Source of the DNA: Alphaproteobacteria bacterium | GTDB lineage: Bacteria; Pseudomonadota; Alphaproteobacteria; GCA-2731375 | Length of the DNA: 64,000 nt | Direction: 5' to 3' | Assembly: GCA_965225945.1 (NCBI GenBank) | Contig: CBDDBZ010000038.1 | Coordinates: 64,001-128,000, forward strand | Shown: one piece after another, positions 46,617 through 56,240 of the stretch | How positions within the stretch are numbered: position 1 is the stretch's first letter | Layout: the number at the start of each line of letters is the position of its first letter | The notes under the pieces: model-generated | Databases searched by the model: none | What the model saw: the letters and a program-made list of their open reading frames with translations, nothing else | Told to the model about the DNA's origin: nothing | Position numbers and translations under genes: made by a program

Positions 46617-47459
46617 ATGGTGACGATCGACGCTCAAGTCCACGCCTACGAACGGGATCACCCGGGCCGGCCATGGGCCGGGGTTCTCGCGGGCCCCCCG
46701 GAGGTAACGGGCGACGACATGGTCGCGGCGATGGACGCTGTTGGTGTCGACGGTGCTTTGCTGGTCTCGGCCTTTACCATGTACCGATACGACGCCAGCT
46801 ATGCGGTTAGTGTACGTGCCGCGCATCCTGGCCGCTTCGCATTGATCAAGCCGGTCGACCCGAGCGATCCCCGGGTGGCGGAAACGATCGCGGACTGGGC
46901 GGCGACGAAAGGCGCGGTCGCGATCCGTCTCATGATGACCCGGGGGCTTTCGAGCGATCCCGATGATCCCGGGATCAACCGGGTTCTCGCCACCGCCGCC
47001 CGCCACTCGCTGCCGGTCAATCTCATGTGTTCGGGTCGCCTGGAACAGGCCGCGAAGCTCGCCGCCGGGAACCCCGAGACGATGTTGGTGATCGATCACC
47101 TGGGCCTCCAACAGCCGTTTGAGCCGCCGGCCCCGCCGGAGCCGTTCGCCGACCTCCCCAAGCTCCTCGATTTGGCAACATACGAAAACATCGCGGTGAA
47201 AATTTCCGGCGCCTGCACCCTTTCCCACGAACCGTTCCCTTACGACGACATTTGGGATCCGCTGGGCCGCGTCTTCGAGGAATTCGGCTTCGATCGCTGC
47301 ATGTGGGGCACCGACTGGACCCGGGCGGTCAATCTCTTGACCTATGATCAGGGGGTGGAGCCATTCCGCCGCACCGACCGCCTGTCGGATGGCGAGCGCG
47401 CGGATCTGATGGGCCGGACCCTGCGGCGAATATACGACTGGTCGCCCTCGCAGAGGTGA
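46617..47459 (+). CDS. Amidohydrolase_2 family protein
   Basis: IDAQVH, VIDHLGL, VKISG, MWGTDWTR. Confidence 0.88.
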   Translation: MVTIDAQVHAYERDHPGRPWAGVLAGPPEVTGDDMVAAMDAVGVDGALLVSAFTMYRYDASYAVSVRAAHPGRFALIKPVDPSDPRVAETIADWAATKGAVAIRLMMTRGLSSDPDDPGINRVLATAARHSLPVNLMCSGRLEQAAKLAAGNPETMLVIDHLGLQQPFEPPAPPEPFADLPKLLDLATYENIAVKISGACTLSHEPFPYDDIWDPLGRVFEEFGFDRCMWGTDWTRAVNLLTYDQGVEPFRRTDRLSDGERADLMGRTLRRIYDWSPSQR

Positions 47460-48323
47460 TCAGTGAAAAGGATCACCGGTCCCACTGGTTAAATGTCTCT
47501 AATATTACAGAGACCTCTGAAGGCCTTCAGCACGCCGCCAGGGCGATTTGCGACTTTCGGCCCGCGACGGCAAAAGTCGAGGGGAAAGTCCCCGTCGGGC
47601 CGAGGGAGCTGGATTGCGGCGAGGAGAGGCGGTCTATGGCCAAGCCGGGCTCGAGGATTGTTTAATGCATTGACGGATCTCGGCTGGTCGAGGTCGCTAT
47701 TCCCGCCGCCCGCCAGTTTCGCTAGACTTCATGCAAGTCCGAGAAAACAGAACGCAGACTGGCGACGATCGGGGGTCGGGCTGCCGATGTTGGTCGGCTA
47801 TCTAGGCAAGGGCATCAAGAACTCGCTTCGCCGTTGGCACGACGACGTTCGATTGCCCAAGGACATCGCGTGAATTCGGGCTCGTGACGCCACGGTGAAG
47901 GCCGCGGAAATGGCATGAACGACATTGAAGATTACGCCCTGCCTTTCGGACGGCACCTCGCTCGATCACGAACGCCGAGCGCTCCACGGCAGCATGCGAA
48001 CGTGAGGGCACGGAACCTGCGCCATGGAGCTCGTGGCTACTATATCGGCGCGACGATCTTCGAAGCCGATTTCACAGCCTACCCGAGCCCACATGCGCCT
48101 CTGGTCGAACTCAATCGCAGGGAGCGCTGCCTGGATTCACGATCAGGACCTCTGAAGGCCTTCAGCACGCCGCCAGGGCGATCTGCGAGCGCCAGGCTCG
48201 AGGGGAAAGTCCCCTCGGGCCGAGGGAGCTGGATAGGCGGTCTATGGCAAGCCGGGCTCGAGGTCGTTTAATGCATTGACGGTCGCTGGTCGACGCTATT
48301 CCCGCCGCCCGCCAGTTTCGCTA

Positions 48324-48665
48324 GGTCCCTATCTGGTTAAAGCATGGGCTCCGAATGTTCTTGATATGTTCTCCGAGGCTGAATCGGCGCGACTATTCGA
48401 TGCGGGATATTGGGTTCCCGAACGCCATGGATTGGAGGCGCTGGCTCGGCTGCGCTGGCCGCACGGCTACCTGCGCGCGTTGCGGCGAGGCGGAACTACC
48501 GGCGGCCCGGGTCTTCGAATGCGCCGGCTGCGGCCATCAGGAATCTGACCGCGCGGTCTTCCACCGCACCCGCACACCGCGCAAATGGTTCCTGGCGGCG
48601 TGGTGGATGGGGCGCGACAAGCGCGACGTCTCGACGCTGTTTCGTCGCGAGGTTGAGCCTCATGC
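48324..48665 (+). pseudogene. Degenerate IS1595-like transposase N-terminus
   Basis: Fragments RWPHG, FECAGCGHQ, FHRTRTP.KWFLA..DKR spread over shifting frames. Confidence 0.55.
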
Positions 48666-49399
48666 CCCGCTGACATCCGCTGCGGCATTCTCGGAGCGCC
48701 CGGAGTTGCCGTGAACGCCGGCCGAAGAACTTTCCGCGAGCCGGCTTGCGGCCGAGAATGGAATTGGTGCGGTCAAGGCGAGCTCGGCCCTCGCGGTATC
48801 CGATGCCAGACACTGAGTTGGGCGAGTGCCGGCTGGTCCGTGGCGTTCGAGATCGCTGGAGGCGGGCATCGATGCCGTTGCCCGCGCGGCTCATGCCCGC
48901 CAAACGTGAAGACGTGGCCAACTCCACCGCGATGACAAGATTTCGTACGTCCGGGAGCCGGTGGAACTACCGCCGCAAACGCCCGCCGTGGTTTCGTGTT
49001 GCCACCGGTGACCCGAGTCGGATGCCGCGCGGCAATCGCTTCGGGATCCGCTGCCAGCTAGGAGTCGCTGAGTTTTGGGAGGACCGAGAAAACAGGGAGG
49101 CTGTCATGCCGATGAAATCTAGGCAAGTTTACTGAGTCGGACCTTGATTTCCTTATCACCCACAGAATAGTGGCATTTTTAATCGAAGTGTCCAAGCGGA
49201 GGACCGGAACATGACCGGACAATTTTGAGCCTTTTACAAAGTTAGCTGGTTGATGGGCCTGTGACCGTACTTCATTGAAATTTATCTGAAATCGAGGTGA
49301 ACGCGAGCTTGGCTCAGAGCCACGTTTTCGAGTGCCCGGGCCACAAATAGTTTCGACCGGTTTTCAAGTTCGCCAATACGCTAAACGGACTTGAGGCGT

Positions 49400-51092
49400 T
49401 CAGCGGTGGACGGTGACGCGCAAGCGTGAGGTTGCCCTGCAGGCTTTCGCGTGGACGAGCCGGTCAATCGGAACTTTTGTCAGCAGCGGCAGTCTGGGCG
49501 TGGTTTCTTCGATTTTCCGGCTCGAGCAGTGGCGTGAGAAGGCGATCGCCGGGATCGATGCCTCGCTCAAGGAACGCAAGGGCGATCCGGTTAAAGGCGG
49601 ATGGGCTGGATGTTCTTGCCATCCATAGAGGTGTAAGCGGCTGGAGCTTTTGGAGGACTATCGGGGAGTTGATCATGCAGGTGGAACTGCTGGAGGCGCA
49701 AGACGGAGCGCGTCCGGCCCTCTTGGGGCGGCGGAGGTCGCGGCGATGAGTGCCGCCACGGGTCTTCCCGGCACGGAATCGTTTGGCCTACGGTCTTCCA
49801 CCGCACCGTTGCCAGCGGGTCTGATGCGGCCTGGGGTTTTGCCCGTTCCTCGTTCTACGCCATGCCCAAATCCCGGCAGCAGGCCACGCGCTGAGCGTCC
49901 CACCAGCAAAGGCGCCGGGGACCGAAGCCCTCGATCTCGGACGAGGCTCTGCTGGTGGCCAATCGAGGCCGACCTGTTGGGAGGCATCCCCCTGGGAGGG
50001 CGAGGGACACCGCAAGGTCTGGAGCTCGGCTTCGCCGCCGGCGCCGCGGGCTCTGTCGTGGCATCCGTGTTTCCCGCAAGCGGGTGCTCCGGGTGATGCG
50101 CGAGAACAACCTGCGATACTCGCCCCATCGCTGCCGCCGCCGTGGCGGAAATCCCCATGCAAACGCATCTTCGACCTTGGTCGAGATGCATCACCCATGC
50201 CCCCAACCATCATGTACAGGGGGTCGACGGATCGGCGTTCGGGTGTTCACGGATAGGGACGACATATAGTGGGCTGGGGCTGGATATTCACCGCCATCGA
50301 TCGCAATTCGGGCTCGACGCCGAAGTGCGTCGGCTGGCATGAACGACATTGCAATTTCCTGCCTTTTGGACGGCGACCTCGCTTCGATCACGGCGCCTTC
50401 ACGGCATCTCGCGATGAGGGCATGTGCGCCATGGGCTCGTATGCCTATATCGCCTCGAAAGGCACGCTGCGAGCCCGCATGCGGCTGGCTCTTGACTGGA
50501 TTCACGATCAGGCTCAACGACAGCATGCGAAAATCTGAGCGCCAGGACCCAAGTCCTTCACCGCGCCTCGATCACCAGGTCTGCGACGGCGACGCCGTTT
50601 CGAGGCCATGGCCGATTGACCTAACGCGCCTGCTGGTCCCGACATTGGAGCGCCGGGGCGCGACGGCCCTGGCGGCCGAGCTCCGGCGCCGGTCTCGAGC
50701 GCCGCTCGGAGAACTCGCGCTCGGCTCCGCGATCTCGGCAACACCGACGTCGACGTGCGTCGCGGGAACCTCATGCCCCGCGACATCCGCTGGGCATTCT
50801 CGAATGCCGTGAACGCCTCCGAAGAACTCCGCGACGGCTTGCGGCCGAAATGGAATTGGTGCGGTGGCGAGCTCGCCCTCAAGGAACAGATCATCCATGG
50901 CCGCATCTACCGCAACATCGCGGAGCTGCGGAACGCCGTCCGCGGGTTCGTCGAACAGTACAATGCCCAGTGGATCGTGGAGAAGAACGGCTACCTGAGC
51001 CCCGCTCAAGCTCGTCAGGCGTGGCACACCGCGATGTCACTCAGGCCCGCCGCATGAGACAAACTTGTGTCCAAGGAACCGGGTGCGATACA
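49400..51092 (+). mobile_element. Heavily disrupted IS3-family element
   Basis: Fragments RKREV, LEQWREKAIAGIDASLKER, RGIRVSRKRVLRVMRENNL, GWGWIFTAID; intact tail FVEQYNAQWIVEKNGYLSP; end GTGTCCAAGGAACCGGGTGCGATACA. Confidence 0.7.
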
Positions 51093-51302
51093 GCTGAAAG
51101 CGTTTACAAAGTGATCGATATCGTAGGCTCCAGCCCGGAGTCCTGGGATAAGGCGGCGGCTGTCGCAATCGAGCGCGCGAGCCGGACTTTGCGTGACTTG
51201 CGGGTTGCGGAAGTCATCAAGCAGGACGTGCATATCGAGGATGGCAAGATCGTCGCCTATCGCGTGCGGCTGAACGTATCGTTCAGATTCGAAGACGAGT
51301 AG
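51093..51302 (+). pseudogene. Dodecin-domain protein lacking its start codon
   Basis: AESVYKVIDIVGSSPESWDKAA..LRDLRVAEV..YRVRLNVSF; the IS3 end sits where the ATG is expected. Confidence 0.8.
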
Positions 51303-51512
51303 TGGAGCTGGCGGCGCGGCCGGCATGGCGGCTTTCGGGGGTAGACTCCCCGTCCGGCCGAGTTGGCCGATACGGTGATTCCTAGCCAAAGAACGAAACC
51401 GCTTTCAGCGGTAGTTCGTGGTGCCGGGCGGTGAGGTCGGTGGCGTAACGGATGGGTCGATCCTGTGTTGAGGTTTGGAGTTCCGAAGCTCACGCAACAC
51501 GGGAGCAGACCC

Positions 51513-52412
51513 ATGACCGATAGTGACAAGACCATCAGCCCGCTGCGCCAGCGCATGATCGACGACATGGTGCTTCGCGGCTTCAGTGCCAACACGCAGC
51601 GCGGCTACATCAGTGCGGTGGCCGGCTTTTCCGACTTTCTCGCACGCTCTCCGGATCGGGCGGAGGCGGAGGATCTCAGGCGCTATCAAGTGCATATGCG
51701 CAAAGCAGGCGCATCGGCGACGACGATGAACGCGGCGGTCTCGGCATTGCGGTTCTTCTTCGGCGTCACGCTCGGCCGAGGCGACGCCGAGATCGGCATG
51801 ACGACGGTGGCAATGCCGCGCAAGCTGCCGGTGATCCTGAGCGTCGAGGAAATGGCGCGGCTTCTCGATGCCGCCCCCGGTCCCAAATACAAGGCGGCCT
51901 TTTCGCTGGCCTATGGCGCCGGCCTGCGCGCTTCGGAGGTGGTCCATCTCAAGGTCCCGGACATCGACAGCAACCGCAAGACGCTTCGCATCGAGCAAGG
52001 TAAGGGCCGCCGAGATCGCTACGCCATGCTCTCGGATCGCGCCGTCGAGCAGCTCAGGGTCTGGTGGTTGCTTGGCCGCGCCCGCGGCGTGATGCTGCCC
52101 GGCGGTTGGCTGTTTCCAGGCCAGAACCCGGTCAACCCGTTGACCACCCGCCAGCTCCGTCGCGCCCTCGATGGCGCCAAGGCGGGGGCGGGGATCGAGA
52201 AGCGGATCTCGCTTCACACGCTGCGCCACTGCTTCGCCACCCATCTCCTCGAACAGGGCGTCGACATCCGCGTGATCCAGGTTCTACTGGGGCACAAGAA
52301 GCTGGAGACCACGGCTCACTACACCCAGGTCGCCAGCACCACCTTGCGGCGCGCCAAGAGCCCACTGGACCTGCTCGAGCCGCCGACGCCCAAGACCAAG
52401 CCGCCGAAGTGA
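51513..52412 (+). CDS. Tyrosine recombinase/integrase
   Basis: N-terminal SAM-like domain; catalytic GLRASE, QGKG, HTLRH, LLGH, HYTQ. Confidence 0.93.
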   Translation: MTDSDKTISPLRQRMIDDMVLRGFSANTQRGYISAVAGFSDFLARSPDRAEAEDLRRYQVHMRKAGASATTMNAAVSALRFFFGVTLGRGDAEIGMTTVAMPRKLPVILSVEEMARLLDAAPGPKYKAAFSLAYGAGLRASEVVHLKVPDIDSNRKTLRIEQGKGRRDRYAMLSDRAVEQLRVWWLLGRARGVMLPGGWLFPGQNPVNPLTTRQLRRALDGAKAGAGIEKRISLHTLRHCFATHLLEQGVDIRVIQVLLGHKKLETTAHYTQVASTTLRRAKSPLDLLEPPTPKTKPPK

Positions 52413-52425
52413 GCCGGCGGCCTCG

Positions 52426-53640
52426 GTGCCGCGTCCCGCGCTCGAGGTCCAGGACATCTTCCGCGACCACGGGCCCGGCTTCCGTCGGGCCCGGGCCGGT
52501 CGTCTGAGCCTCGGCCAACTGAAGGTCATGTCGGCGATCGAGTGTTGCCGCACCGCCGCGCTCGGCGGTCATGTCGCGGCCTGCGAGGACTGCGGGCAGA
52601 ACCACATCGCCTACAATTCCTGTCGCAACCGCCATTGTCCCAAATGCCAAGGCCAGGTCGCGCGCGAATGGCTGGCGGCGCGAGAGGCCGAACTGCTCTC
52701 CGTCCCCTACTACCATCTCGTCTTCACCCTGCCAGCGGCGATCGCCGACATCGCCTATCAGAACAAGTCGGTGATCTACGATATCCTGTTCAAGGCGAGC
52801 GCCGAGACCATGCTCACCATCGCCGCCGATCCCAAGCATCTCGGCGCCAAGATCGGCATCACCGCCGTGCTCCACACCTGGGGCTCGGCCATGACCCACC
52901 ATCCCCACATCCACATGATCGTGCCGGGTGGCGGAATCTCACCTGACGGTAGCAGTTGGATCTCTTGCCGGCCCGGCTTCTTCCTGCCCGTCCGCGTGCT
53001 CTCGCGCCTCTTCCGCCGCCTCTTCATCGAGAAGCTCCTCGCCGCCCACGAGGCAGGGCGCCTGAAGTTCTTCACCGACCACACCAGCCTCGCCGAGCCG
53101 GCGGCCTTCCGTGTCTTCCTCGCACCGATGCGCAAACAAGAATGGGTCGTCTACGCCAAGCCGCCCTTCGGCGGACCAGAGGCCGTGCTCGCCTATCTCT
53201 CCCGCTACACCCACCGTGTCGCCATCTCGAACAGCCGCCTGGTCAGCTGCGACAGCCAAGGCGTCATCTTCAAGTACAAGGACTACCGGCGCAAAGGACG
53301 CGAGCGCTACAAGACCTTGCCCCTGGCCGTGCCCGAGTTCATCCGCCGCTTCCTCCTCCATGTCCTGCCCTCGGGCTTTCACCGCATCCGCCATTACGGC
53401 CTCTTCGCCAACGGCGGTCGCACCCGCAACATCTCCCTTGCCCGCGAACTGCTTGCCATGCCGGCACCGGAGAGTGAGGCCGACGATGCCGCGAGTGACG
53501 ATGATACCGAACCGCCGTCCCTCTCAGAGCCCTGCCCGCAGTGCGGCGGCCGTATGATCGTCATCGAGCGCTTCGAGGCCGGCGCCCAACCACGCGCCCC
53601 GCCCCGTGCACGGCCCCTGGCCAGGGCCACGGCAGCATGA
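52426..53640 (+). CDS. IS91-family (Y2 HUH) transposase
   Basis: Zn domain CEDC..SCRNRHCPKC, HUH motif HPHIH, YLSRY (YxxxY), RIRHYG. Confidence 0.93.
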   Translation: MPRPALEVQDIFRDHGPGFRRARAGRLSLGQLKVMSAIECCRTAALGGHVAACEDCGQNHIAYNSCRNRHCPKCQGQVAREWLAAREAELLSVPYYHLVFTLPAAIADIAYQNKSVIYDILFKASAETMLTIAADPKHLGAKIGITAVLHTWGSAMTHHPHIHMIVPGGGISPDGSSWISCRPGFFLPVRVLSRLFRRLFIEKLLAAHEAGRLKFFTDHTSLAEPAAFRVFLAPMRKQEWVVYAKPPFGGPEAVLAYLSRYTHRVAISNSRLVSCDSQGVIFKYKDYRRKGRERYKTLPLAVPEFIRRFLLHVLPSGFHRIRHYGLFANGGRTRNISLARELLAMPAPESEADDAASDDDTEPPSLSEPCPQCGGRMIVIERFEAGAQPRAPPRARPLARATAA

Positions 53641-54590
53641 CCGACACCGCTTCGAATAACGCTATTGCCGCCGCTCACCCGCGGCCACGATCCCGCTCGC
53701 CGCAACACCATCGAGCGCGCAGGGAACCACCTGCGAGACCCGCCGGCATCGACCCGAAGTCGCCATCAAACCACCCTGCCGGTGTCGTCGCCAATCAGAT
53801 CCGAGCCATCCAGCAGCGCCGGCCACCCGAGAAAGCTGGCCCGCCGCTCGCAAATCCCCATAGACCGAGCGTGCCGCACCGCCGAGCCTAGTCCTGCCCG
53901 CGGTTTCCTCCCTTAAGCGTTGTCCGACACCTGCCGATCCAGTCCGCCGGATGCAACCCCTGCGCCTCGGCAGGTGTCCGACAACGCTTACCCGAGAAAG
54001 CTGGGCGAAGGAGCCGCTCGCAAATCCCCATAGACCGAGCGTGCCGCAAAGCCTAGTCCTTGCCTAGCCGGGTTCCTCCCTTAAGCGTTGGTCCGACACC
54101 TGCGCGATCCCGGTTGCGCCTCGGCAGGTGTCGCGAAAGCTTCACCCGCGGCCCGATCCCGCTCGCCGCAATCCGGTTATCACACACCATCAAACACCCA
54201 GCCGGTCGTCGTGTCGCCAATCAGATCCGAGCCTCCATATCGCAAATAGTGTAGTCCACCCGATTTCGGGGTCCTGAGTGTCCGAAAGCTTCGGTGCAGG
54301 TCGATGCACCCATTTTCCTGAGTAAGCGCCGATCAAGGCCAGAACCCAGTCGAAGACCGCCGCGTGGACTTCATGGGGCAGGCGCGCGCGGGTCTTCGGA
54401 GATATCTCCGGCGATGCCGAGCAGGGACTCGGACGGCATTGTAGCGCCTTTTAGGCGACACTTTAGCGTGGTGGAAATCCTAATCATTGAGTCGGATTTG
54501 GCAAAACGCCACGTTGCATAAAGGACCGTCACTTCATTGAAATTTATCTGAAATCGGAGGTGAACGACACCGATGGAATATTCCAGGAAA

Positions 54591-54899
54591 TCAGAGCTTC
54601 ATTGAATTGTAGGATTCGAGTGCCGGATTATTCACAAATAGCTCTGTGAACTGGTTTTCAAGTTCGCTCAATACGTCATATGAAGTAAACGGATTGAGGA
54701 TCACGTTCTTGCGTGTCGCTTCGTCTTCGCTGCGACTCAAAACGCGCAGGAGACTAACAGGCGCGGACGGGTTCTTCGCAACGATTCGTGCCAGCGCGTC
54801 GCTTTCTTCGACTAGTGCCGTCAATCGCTCAGACGATGTCGTTTCATCAGCAGCTTCCCGTCTGGCCGTGGGTTTCTTCGTTTTTCCCTTGGTCGCCAC
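54591..54899 (-). CDS. Leucine-rich-repeat-variant (LRV)/HEAT-like small protein, copy 1
   Basis: Recurrent NP motifs VAKNPSAPVSLLRVL, VILNPFTSYDVLSEL, VNNPAL; GGGGGA SD before GTG. Confidence 0.6.
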   Translation of the reverse strand: MATKGKTKKPTARREAADETTSSERLTALVEESDALARIVAKNPSAPVSLLRVLSRSEDEATRKNVILNPFTSYDVLSELENQFTELFVNNPALESYNSMKL

Positions 54900-55162
54900 C
54901 GTTCCGTCCCCCGATGTTAAGTACGTGACGTGAATTAAACTCCGGTTCGGTTTTCAGAACAATCAAGAATTAGCCGGATCGCCTCCTCAATGCGCCTGCG
55001 CCGGCCCTTGCCTGCAGTCCAAGGAGACACACTACATATAGTGGGTGTGGGTGATAACCGGATAGGCAAGGACTGATCAACGGCGTTCCGAATTTCCACA
55101 CATCAGGTTGCTCAATCGGTGATCGACAGCATTAGGTGACAGTGCACTTAATGTCAGATTGC

Positions 55163-55470
55163 ACAGTACACGACTCGTTCATGCTGGCTTTGGCCTGGGC
55201 ACCTGGACTGGTGGTTTTCCGGGGACGAGGAAACGAATCAGCTCAATGGCTTGACGCCTGTCGATAGGATTGACGAGCTGTCGCCTTATCCACTCGAAAC
55301 CGTATCGGAAGATGGATTTTGCCATCCTTTTGTGGGTTTTGAGGCGGATCGGCTCGGCCTCGTGGAGCCAATCGCCGACTTTGTGCGCCCAGCAGAAGGT
55401 GATGGAAAGGACGGCGGTGAGCTTGGAGATGCGCTCCGGGTCGGTCATGTGGGTGTCTTCGAGGTTGAAG
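55163..55470 (-). pseudogene. IS4-family transposase 3' fragment with its end
   Basis: FNLEDTHMTDPERISKL..WAHKVG..KSIFRYG; end GTCGTGTACTG. Confidence 0.75.
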
Positions 55471-55642
55471 CCTTGCCTATCCGGTTATCACCCACACCCA
55501 CTATATGTAGTGTGTCTCCTTGGACTGCAGGCGAGGGCCGGCGCAGGCGCATTGAGGAGGCGATCCGGCTAATTCTTGATTGTTCTGAAAACCGAACCGG
55601 AGTTTAATTCACGTCACGTACTTAACATCGGGGGACGGAACG

Positions 55643-55951
55643 GTGGCGACCAAGGGAAAAACGAAGAAACCCACGGCCAGACGGGAAGCTGCTGATGAAA
55701 CGACATCGTCTGAGCGATTGACGGCACTAGTCGAAGAAAGCGACGCGCTGGCACGAATCGTTGCGAAGAACCCGTCCGCGCCTGTTAGTCTCCTGCGCGT
55801 TTTGAGTCGCAGCGAAGACGAAGCGACACGCAAGAACGTGATCCTCAATCCGTTTACTTCATATGACGTATTGAGCGAACTTGAAAACCAGTTCACAGAG
55901 CTATTTGTGAATAATCCGGCACTCGAATCCTACAATTCAATGAAGCTCTGA
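55643..55951 (+). CDS. LRV/HEAT-like small protein, copy 2
   Basis: Identical translation to 54591-54899. Confidence 0.6.
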   Translation: MATKGKTKKPTARREAADETTSSERLTALVEESDALARIVAKNPSAPVSLLRVLSRSEDEATRKNVILNPFTSYDVLSELENQFTELFVNNPALESYNSMKL

Positions 55952-56240
55952 TTTCCTGGAATATTCCATCGGTGTCGTTCACCTCCGATTTCAGATAAAT
56001 TTCAATGAAGTGACGGTCCTTTATGCAACGTGGCGTTTTGCCAAATCCGACTCAATGATTAGGATTTCCACCACGCTAAAGTGTCGCCTAAAAGGCGCTA
56101 CAATGCCGTCCGAGTCCCTGCTCGGCATCGCCGGAGATATCTCCGCTTCGACCTGCACCGAGCTTTACTCAGGAAAATGGGTGCACACTACATATAGTGG
56201 GTGTGGGTGATAACCGGATAGGCAAGCAAAAAAGCAGAAG

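Larger units (their letters stand above)
51387..53990 (+). mobile_element. Tyrosine recombinase + IS91-like transposase element, copy 1
   Basis: Near-identical to copy 2 from CAAAGAACG to GACAACGCTTA; terminal 24-bp hairpin 53914-53937/53967-53990; no terminal IRs. Confidence 0.9.
54397..56145. repeat. 675-bp inverted duplication (54397-55071 / 55471-56145) around a 399-bp spacer
   Basis: The arms are reverse complements with one mismatch noticed; both encode the same 102-aa ORF. Confidence 0.92.
55028..56226. repeat. 43-bp repeat x3: 55028-55070 (+), 55472-55514 (-), 56184-56226 (+)
   Basis: CACACTACATATAGTGGGTGTGGGTGATAACCGGATAGGCAAG. Confidence 0.9.
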
